Below, piece after piece: positions 53,606 to 64,000 of a DNA stretch of 64,000 nt. The position numbers and the translations under genes were made by a program. Under the pieces are notes generated by a model that did not search any database, had not been told where the DNA came from, and saw only the letters and a list, made by a program, of their open reading frames with translations. Location: NCBI GenBank assembly GCA_951406725.2, contig OX597821.1, positions 74,958,001 to 75,022,000 on the forward strand. The letters are read 5' to 3'. Within the stretch, counting starts at the first letter, position 1; every line of letters begins with the position of its first letter. This stretch comes from Octopus vulgaris (lineage: Eukaryota).

Positions 53606-54539
53606 TATTGAGAAAATTCTAGTATATTGTTTTGAATAAGAAATGTAGTTGGATTCGAATCATTGCTAAGTGTTGGGATCCTGAAGTGTTGCTTCATTTG
53701 TTTGAAGTGGACACAAGTTTAAAGAAATTGTCCCGAAATAATCAAAGAAACTGTCCTGAAATGAGATGACCATTGGTCTGCTCTGTGAGGTACAACTTGG
53801 GGCTAACGAACAGCAACGCTTCATGTTGGTACAGTTTAATATTAGGGACCATTAGGCAAGTGATCGACTGCACCAAAATAGTAGCCGAATGATCTTCATG
53901 ATCAAACCTTGTAAAATATATAACAAGTTAAATAAAACCCAGGGACAGTTTGTACATTACTTATTAGAAGCCGATCGGGGATGTACTGGGATAAAATCAC
54001 CACCACAACAAGAACGACTACAGCGACGACTACGATGCTGATAGTAGCAAGAAAATTGATATTTCTTTGGAAACTTGGGCTTCAGTCATGTAAGCAATAC
54101 ATTTCTTGTGTAGCAAAAGACAGTGTTTATAGGGAAACTGTTTGAAGGATGTTCCTGTCCGGGAGATTGTAATTCATTCAAACGACCTTGAAATGTCGGA
54201 CTGTTGCTGTTTAGCCATATATACTTGTGATTGATCTAAAGCTTTCCAGTCATGCCTCTCAATCCTTTTTCTATATCTAGAACGCCATTTATGAATGTGC
54301 GGATATCTTTTTTAACATAGAGGAATCAAAGTAAGGGATGTTGGGTTAATATTTCTAGGAAGGATGAAGAAGTTCCTTAGTTAGCACTGTACAAAACTTT
54401 GTGTTTGTGGAGCGTGTATTACACAGTGGCCCATAAATGGCGCGTCGTAAGTCGTGGAATTTTAAAAATATAATCTAAGAATAGGAGAAATCTATGCAAG
54501 CGGTTTAGCATTTTCAGAAAGCGTGTTAGATATATCTTG

Positions 54540-55027
54540 TTGTTGTGACTGCTGCACCTAGAAAGTTACCCTCCGAGGCACAAGTCTGGACAAGATTGTT
54601 AATGGAAGACCAGCATTCGTTCACGCATAACAGCCTCCCCTCTTCACACTACTGATGTTATCCAAGGGAAAGGCAAAGTCCGATACAGCTTGGCACCAGT
54701 GACGTCGCAGCTCATTTATTAACAAGTAAGTGGCTGAGCACTCCACAGATACGTGTACCCTTAACGTAGTCTTCGTAGAGATTCAGCGTGACACAGTGTG
54801 TGACAAGGCTGGCACTTTGAAAATACAGGTACAACAGAAAGAGTAAGAAAGAGTGAGAGAAAGTTGTGGTGAAAGAGTACAGCAGGGTTCACCACCACCC
54901 ACTGCCGAGGCCTCGTCGAGCTTTAGGTATTTTCTCTAAAAAAACTCACAACGCGCGGTCTGGCAATCGAAAACACGATCCTACAACCGCGAGTCCGCTG
55001 CCCTAATCACTGGGCCATTGCGCCTCC
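54540..55027 (-). mobile_element. SINE family C (chimeric tail type iii), second copy
   Basis: Same module order and similar junction (GACGTCGCAGCTCA..TAAGTGGCTGAGCACTCC) as 22710-23223. Confidence 0.85.
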
Positions 55028-55320
55028 TAGACATATCAATGATTGACAAAATAAGGTAAACAATATTTTACTACATATTTTTCGAATTTTTGACATTTCT
55101 TACATAGCGTTCATTTGAATATCGATGCAAAATGCAGCAGTAATATTTTGTTTGATTTCCAGTTACACACAATCTAAAGGAAGAGTTTAATATGATGCTG
55201 GAGATGGGATGGGGAATATTGAAGACATTATGAAGGAATTTCTGTTACGATGACAACGAGATTATAATTTCCTTAGTTAAAAACCAGCACATTTTTCTTG
55301 ATTAAAGACCAAAAGCTGTG

Positions 55321-55352
55321 AAGTTCGATTCCAAGCAGTGACCTGAATAATG

Positions 55353-55420
<68 letters not shown>

Positions 55421-55604
55421 AACATCGAAAAATACCTAAGGAATGAGAACCCAGGTTCGAAATTTCCCCCAAGACACCTGATGAAGGCAGGTGGATATAT
55501 CAGCCGAAACGTTGTGTTAACCACAAGCAAGATGAAGACAAATATCCGTCAAATGTAAATAATGTAATTAATGTACATAATTCCTCATCTCTTAAATATA
55601 GGAG
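55321..55604 (+). mobile_element. Family P1 pLTR, 5'-truncated at the B box
   Basis: GTTCGATTCC, (AAT)n, hammerhead at 55473-55518 (GACAC-CTGATGA-A-GGC..GCC-GAAA-CGTT-GTGTT), end ATTCCTCATCTCTTAAATATAG. Confidence 0.85.
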
Positions 55605-56681
55605 TGTAATATTTATCAGTTAAGCTGTTAACGCAGATACTTTCAATATGAAAGAAAAAAATCACACTTTTTCAGCCTATTTAGTTTTATGCTAAACGCA
55701 AGCAAACTGCCTTTTTACATATTTACACACAGTCATATACATACACGCATATGTTTGTGTACATGTGCGCGTGTGTGAGTGTGTGCGTATGATAAACTGC
55801 AGATTTAAGATCAACTGTAGAAGTATATATTATAGACTAAACTCTTGGAGGCAGCACTTCAACATGGCTGCCAACAACTGACTCTATACACTGCATAGAG
55901 CTGTAAGTTATTGTCTTTATGTGGGAAGAACAATCGAGAATAATCTATAATGGATACCGATACGCTACAACTACAGATGTAGGACACAAACCGTAGCCTT
56001 ACTGGTGGTGTCCATTCTATCATCTCAGACATCCTCAAACCTTCAATGAAGGAAAAAATTCGTCACCATAATTCATTAGTGTTTCTACTAAAAAGAAGAA
56101 AAAACCCCAATGAATAAACCTTGACTAAGTTACTCAACTTTCTAGAAATAACATCCAAATATCACTCAAACGACACATCATTCTCCTATAAAAGAGAGGA
56201 TACGGTGGAAAAGCTAGTTCCTAAAATAGATTTGATTGGAATGCAATGGCCAGAGAGCTATCTAATCAGAATTATTTGCTTCGTATTGAAATCATATATA
56301 TACATACACGCACATATGTGTATGTTCTTCAAAAACTCGAACAATTAAACGCTTAAGTATCAGGAAATCGGGGTGGTAACAGAGTTTACAAAAATGATCA
56401 TACTGTATTACGGTATTGAGTAATTTTCTTCGTGTTCAATTTATAAGTACACATGCATATGTATGCAAATATGTATGTGTGTATATATATATATATGCAT
56501 GCATGCACACACACACACACACATAAATATATACATAAATACATACATATAAATATATATGCATGTATACAGAGAAAGGGAGAGATAGTGTGATACAGAG
56601 AGATACTTAATACCTACATAGTAACTATTTAGTAACTGCCATATTTCTAACGAGTATTAAGATTTGAGAGAGGAAGAGAGT

Positions 56682-56716
<35 letters not shown>

Positions 56717-56856
56717 CTTGCGCGAGTAAGAGAAGGAGAGAAAGGGAGAGAGAGAGAGTATACCAGAAGCATAAAGAGATATATGGTCGAAACAACATTG
56801 AAATATCTGATGGTTCGCTATTGGTAATTAATTGTTGCCTCATTGCAATAAATAGA

Positions 56857-56887
<31 letters not shown>

Positions 56888-57164
56888 ATACAGCAGTTTC
56901 TTGCCCAGCAATTAAGACATAATCATAAAATAAGAAAAAAAAAAACCCCAGTTTATTGTAATCGATATCAATTCTTGAAGATATATTGCTGGTTTTCGAA
57001 TAGTTTATTAGTTACTGATTAAAACGTAGAAAATATCTGAGGGAGACATATACATTTATTAACACTAAAACATACATATACATTCGTTAATATATACATA
57101 CGCACATACATACATACATGAATACGCACCCATACGCATAAACAATATATATAATATTTATGTA

Positions 57165-57226
<62 letters not shown>

Positions 57227-57393
57227 CATATATGACATAATACACACATATATGTAAATATGTATACACATACATAATGCATAAACACGCACAAATGTAC
57301 ACACACATATGTACATACATTCACTCACACATACATTTATTTATATATATAACATGAATTCCGAATTCTGCTGTAATATTTTTATATCTTTGC

Positions 57394-57512
<119 letters not shown>

Positions 57513-57667
57513 ATATATATATAGGTATATATATATATATAGGTATATACATATATATATATATTCATAGTCATACATATATATGTATATTTTACACGCA
57601 TATATATATATATATATATATACACGCACACGCATATATGTGCATCAGTATATCTTTTCATGTTTTT

Positions 57668-57717
<50 letters not shown>

Positions 57718-58006
57718 GCACTCATACACGGTTACACATAACCACACACCTAAGTTGGTAATCTATTTTCTTCACGAGTGGGCGATCTATTGATTTTAAA
57801 AAGAGTACTTTCATTTAAAATGATAAATTATATTCTTACTTTAGGATTGACCCATTAGTCCATCAATATCTATCTCTTCTTCACTCTTACACCATTTTAT
57901 CAGATCAGACTGATCGATAAATCAACGAGATTCTATTTGTTGTCTATCATTATCCGTTCACATTAATAGTTATCTCACCCTTTTATAATAATTTCGTTTC
58001 TCATGA

Positions 58007-58071
<65 letters not shown>

Positions 58072-58262
58072 CACACATAAATATATATATATATATACAT
58101 ATATACATATATATGTATATCTATATGTATATATATGTATATATATATATATACACATAAATATATATATATCCATCCATCCATCCATATATATTTATAT
58201 ATACACATATACATGTGTAGAAATATATGTTATAAATATATACATATATATGTGTGTGTGTG

Positions 58263-58304
<42 letters not shown>

Positions 58305-58499
58305 TAATTCTGTTTGTGTATATACGTATGTATGTAACTATCCCTTTGGCTCTATCTATCTGTCGATCTATCTATATGTACATATTGATATATACGGGAG
58401 TATATATATGTATGTTTACACACACACACAATTATATTTATATGTATATATGTATATATATATACATATATATATGCATTTATATATACATGCATATGT

Positions 58500-58549
<50 letters not shown>

Positions 58550-58551
58550 TG

Positions 58552-58579
<28 letters not shown>

Positions 58580-58582
<3 letters not shown>

Positions 58583-58744
58583 TTCTTTATTGCCCACAGC
58601 GGGTTAAATATAAAGGGGACAAAGAAGGACAGACAAACGGATTAAGTCGATTACCTCGACCCCAGTACATAACTGGTACTTATTTAATCGACTCCGAAAG
58701 ATTGAAAGGCAAGGCATAGTCGACCTTGGCGGAATTTGAATTCA
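58580..58744 (-). mobile_element. SINE family A (tail1), 5'-truncated, abutting (TA)n
   Basis: Reverse of tail 1 and the central domain. Confidence 0.8.
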
Positions 58745-58944
58745 CTTTATATATATACGTTTACGAATTTGCTCAAATACGAGCAAATACCTACGACCCA
58801 GTGTAGGTTTTCAACTTTAATACTTGTATTCTTATACGGATAGAATTAAATGTATATGTACACTTACTTATCTCTTCCACATAGATATATACGAATGCAT
58901 GCATATGAAAGATAAGAATGTATGTATCTTTGGCAGTATATATC

Positions 58945-59055
<111 letters not shown>

Positions 59056-59855
59056 GCCTTTCTCGCTCGCTCTCTCTCTCTCTTTCTATATATATATGTA
59101 TATGTATATGTGTGTATATATTCACCTATTTATATACACACATATACATATATTTAGGTCTTTGTATTTGTGTGTGTTAGTGTGTTTCTGAATGTAAATT
59201 ATTGTGCGTGTGTGTGTGTGTGTGTATCTGCGCGCGCGCGTGTGTATAGGCTGACAATAACCGGCAACGGCTATTCTTTCGTATAAGCTCTCGTATTCAT
59301 GCCTTTCGACAATAAACGGTTTCTGAGGTTTAGTATCATATTTAAAACATGTACTACAGTCAATTTGTTGTTCGTCTTAAATGCTGAAGATAGAGCTCCA
59401 TCATGGCCTCACTCGAATCAAATAAATAGATATATCACTGGGTATATATTGATACAATGATACATGAGTCCGTCCGTATCCACACCTACATGGTTTTATC
59501 TGTGTATGCATATATGTATGCGTAAATGTATGTAGGTGTACATATATGCTTACTCACTTTCTGTGCTTATTGATAAAAATTGAATCCTTCATAATTGCTT
59601 GAAGCAGTTTTGTAAGATTTGAGATTTTACAATGTTACGCCAAGAAAATGTATACTCAGGAAGCAGCGTTTATTACTTTCCAGGTGTTGAAACGGATTGC
59701 GAATTTTAAGTCGTAGGTATCGCAATCATTAAAAATATACGTTTAAATATTTAAACGTTGTCTCATCTGAAATTCTCTTAGTTTTGTAATATTTGTAAAA
59801 ATCAAACTACTTTATTATTCAATGTCTATAATTATTATCAAACTCACACAGCCTC

Positions 59856-59887
<32 letters not shown>

Positions 59888-60084
59888 ACACACACACAGA
59901 GTATATAATCATATATATATATACTCTCATATATATATGTGATATATATCAGATTTATAGAATATATACAAATATATTGTGAAGAGATATATTCTTATAT
60001 ATATTTTTGTCGTCTAGCGTTGGAAATATATCTGAATGGCCACAAGACCCAGTTGTTCCTACACCGAACAAATATCTTTTATCG

Positions 60085-60425
60085 TTTACTTGTTCAATTC
60101 AACTTTGCCACGCTGGGGAACCCATCTTCGAGAACCTAGGTGGAGCGAATCGACCCTAGTATTTTTTTAAAGACGAGTATTTAGTACCTTTTGCCGAACC
60201 GTTAAGTTACGAGGACGTAAACACACAAATCCGGTTGGGTTCAAACGTAGATAATAAGACACACGCACACACACACACATACACACACACACACACACGC
60301 ACACACACATACACACACACACAGACACACACGACGGGCTTATTTAACCCATGACTTCCTCCTTATACGACACACGCCCCAAGTGTCGCGTACTGGAACT
60401 GAACTCGGAACCATGTACTAGGGAA
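60085..60425 (-). mobile_element. SINE family B-like, diverged, with internal (CA)n
   Basis: GCCGAACCGTTAAGTTACGAGGACGTAAACAC..ACGACGGGCTT..GGAACTGAACTCGGAACCATG. Confidence 0.6.
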
Positions 60426-60582
60426 GGAAATGTCACCTGAAAAATACATTATAAATTACAAATATTATTGATCAGTGAAAATGTATTGATTTTTAAGAAA
60501 GTAGTTGTACTTATGAATTACATTTTCATGTACGACGTGCAACGGCAGTAAGATTCATGTGTGTGCGCGTATATATATATAC

Positions 60583-60613
<31 letters not shown>

Positions 60614-60631
60614 CATATACATACACACACA

Positions 60632-60676
<45 letters not shown>

Positions 60677-60864
60677 GTGTGTGTTTCAAAATTACATCGA
60701 GTATATAAATATATATTTATACAGTATATGTATTGTAAATATATATATATATATACCATATAAAATATATATATATGTGCATATATATGTGCATATATAT
60801 ATGCATATATATATATATACATATATATATGTGTATATATCATATATATATATATATACATATA

Positions 60865-60903
<39 letters not shown>

Positions 60904-61279
60904 CGTGTATATATACGATGTATGAATATGACACCTGATATATACAGTGATGTGCTCAATTTAAATATTTTCTACAGGAAAATTTACCGTTTTGTTTTCC
61001 ACGTAACGAATTGTCAAGTACCGTCTATGTTAAATGCAGCGTTTAGCCTAAAAGGTTTTTTTTATTAATTCAATTTTAATAATTATAATTATGCTTAGGC
61101 TGAAATCAAATAATACTTATGAATGTTTATAAACGAAGTCGGGAAATATATATTTTAATGAATTAAAACTAATTAATTACTGATTGTGGTTAACACAGTG
61201 TGGCATGACTCTAAGCTTAGAAGTAGGTGGCAAATCTTTGCCTGTTTCTGCCTCTTTAGCCCTCTTCAGTCTAGTATGC

Positions 61280-61349
<70 letters not shown>

Positions 61350-62006
61350 TGTATGTGTATGTATATTGCGCGAAAGAGAAAGACACCGAGATATTTATTT
61401 TGTAAATAAATATAATCACTTGCTAACTTGATAGATGAACTAAGTATAATTACACAGGGACCTCCTCTGCATGAAAACTAAATATATAACAATATATTCA
61501 GTGGAATGATTCATACAGACCTTTAAATTCCCACCTATGTGTCTTCGCTCTAATTCTAATTAATATTAAATTTGATTAATAATCTGTGGTTATCTCAATG
61601 CTTATCCATGATAAGAATTGGTCATAATATGAAAAAAACCTTTCCCTCGCCACGGGTGAAATTTTAATTAACTGAAATTATTTGTCTCGATACATTAATT
61701 AAATTATCCTTGACATCATTATTTGATGTTCGATCAGTGTAACATTTCTTATATTTTCTCAGGCTTTCCTGTTCAGGCAGGCTTTTAGTCCTAAACAAAC
61801 ATAATGTTTCTCCCAGGTCTTACGTATACCCCTATATGGAGATGCCCTATAGCTCTCAATCCCCTTTGACAAGTGCTGCCGCACAAAACGGTGGGCTCCT
61901 GAGTCACTCTGTAACTCCTGCCGATTATTAATCAAAGAACTTACATGGAATCTTGTTTCTAATTCTATTTTTCTGTTTGCATCACTTGACCTATCTCCCT
62001 CCCCCC

Positions 62007-62058
<52 letters not shown>

Positions 62059-62199
62059 GCATATAAACTCTATAATTGGAAGGACTCGTATTAAACTCTG
62101 TTGGACTTTTGGATTTTACTCAAAGGATGTTGGAATATTGCATATATACCATTATGCCTATAAAACGGATTTACAACTTCAATACCCACACACGCATAA

Positions 62200-62277
<78 letters not shown>

Positions 62278-62939
62278 TTCAAGTTATATTCCACTGCAGT
62301 AATAAGTCTCTACTTCCCTGAGGACGGTGGGGAGGCGGTCTAATAAGAGAGGGCCATGCGGCTAGGCAGATAAATTATACTGAGAATTCACAAGAACTCA
62401 GTATATATACAATTATTATTCTGCAGCTAAATGTAAAATCTGAAGTATTATCTAAATATTATACACATAATACGTACAGATTCTTGCGAAAATCGAATAA
62501 CTGTTCTCTGATTAGTTGTATCGATTAAATTATATTTCTCCTCCGTTACATAATATTTCTGTGCAGCACTGCCGACATTTCGTCACTATCCAACCACAAA
62601 TAAATTAGTTGTGCTTTATTTTTGCTAATTTCTTTGCTTGATTGAAACATTTTTTCCAGTCTGTTATCTCCACAACTGCACTCGTCATGCAGTTCGTATT
62701 TTTTATTAAAAAATTATCTTAGTATACAATTATGATTTTTTTCTAATTTTCAACATCTTGCAATATAAATTTTATCTTTTTATATGCTTTTTATAGCATG
62801 TTGCGTGCCATGCGAGAATCAAAAATAGCTGGAGGAAAACAATTAAAACCAATACCTTAACATAACCAGAATAGACAATCTCTCTGATTATTCGGTTCCG
62901 CTATCATCGAGAATGCTGGCAGAAGAACAGCTGTGACAC

Positions 62940-63150
62940 AGCTAGAGCTGCATCATATCAATAGGATTTTCTCTTCTGGAGCAGAGGATACATCGGGACC
63001 TAACAATTATCGGTACGCTACAGAGTTCAAAGCTGGGCCACAACAGAATATTCATGTCCCATCTGGGGAATGCTCCTATACATAAAGACCTTGTCGACTG
63101 CATCCATTATGCAGTTATCGGATCTCTTGGCATATAGTTATTCACATCCA
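62940..63150 (+). pseudogene. CR1/L2/Jockey-group LINE ORF2 C-terminal remnant
   Basis: Frameshifted translation IGF/LFWSRGYIGT*QLSVRYRVQSW/TTEYSCPIWG resembles the post-RT motif LGFL.R...YF...QL..LY...IRP.LEY.S.IWG. Confidence 0.55.
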
Positions 63151-64000
63151 CTCTTCAGCTTCTGTAATGGCTTCTGCTTCTGGGAGCAAGTTGGGCACCA
63201 GTTATGAGAGAGAAATGCTTGAGTGAAAGAAGCTGTTCCAAGAGAAAGCATTGATGGAATCAATGACGCCGGTCTAGGAAGGTCTGTGAAGAACCATGAT
63301 AGCCGTGTATTCCTCCAGAAATTGTGTCGAATTCTTTTACTGCGATACAATTACTTTCGGCTGTTGATAGTAAAATACATCAATGCAAAGTACGTACGTA
63401 GGGAAGAATTTTATTCGATAATTTTGGGGTTTATATTTGTGTGTATATTATATTATAGATAGGAAGAAGACAATATCAGTATCAAGTTTTTCTTATTGAA
63501 TTTATGTGTAGATGGAGGCTGCATCTTTATGGAGGCGTTACCAATAACACATCCGATTTTAATATACTTGTTATATCGATAAAGCTTAAAATATTCTAAC
63601 GTTCTATTCTTCAGGACATTCTTGACATCTTGTTCGGAAACTTTAAAAGTAGATCTTTTTCAGCAATTTAAACTACTTTTGAACTTATAAGTTGAATATG
63701 AAGAATATATTTATTCCTAAAATAAGATATGAGAAACAAAAACTCTTACGCTGGATTAACCATTAAGCAAAATAAGTACGTGTTTGTGGCATGAAGGGAA
63801 GGAGGGGGCACCGCAGAAATGGTAAATGGTTTACGGCACAAAAGAAATCACTTTACACTTACTAAAATAATATTCGGGATGTCTTTATCTCTACTAAGTA
63901 TAGATGCATATGTGTTACCTAAGATTAATTTTGAGGATCTGATCAAAGATTCTGCGATTCAAAAAAGATGAAGAAACTTATTTACAGGTTCGGATTGAGA

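Noticed and set aside
63728-63830. Possible hAT-like MITE left end (GCTGGATTAACCATTAAGCAAAATAAG)
   Set aside because: Terminal bases are degraded and no partner TIR or TSD is visible within the window.

Overview
This is AT-rich, repeat-saturated eukaryotic non-coding DNA (intronic or intergenic), with no intact protein-coding gene that I can support. The SINE families and the (TA)n/(TATC)n/(CA)n/(AAT)n load look like an octopus (coleoid cephalopod) genome, which is an inference from remembered repeat families. Almost all ORFs in the track are microsatellite translations. Recognisable content: three tRNA-headed SINE groups (many copies, nested and multimeric), a decayed near-full-length D,D34D mariner split by a SINE, a decayed hAT (Buster/Charlie-like) transposase, two non-autonomous Helitrons, two Tc1/mariner MITEs, and LINE remnants (Tx1/L1-like, R4/Dong-like, CR1/L2-like). 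The most interesting system is a Penelope-like retroelement family at five loci. Its terminal repeat combines a tRNA-like Pol III promoter (A/B boxes), an (AAT)n spacer and a minimal hammerhead ribozyme. One copy is still attached to the GIY-YIG endonuclease C-terminus, and three loci are inverted pairs. Several other hammerhead-bearing repeat fragments are present. There is also a Tx1-like LINE apparently targeting (TATC)n, and a SINE that repeatedly inserts at a GGYATT site in its own family.
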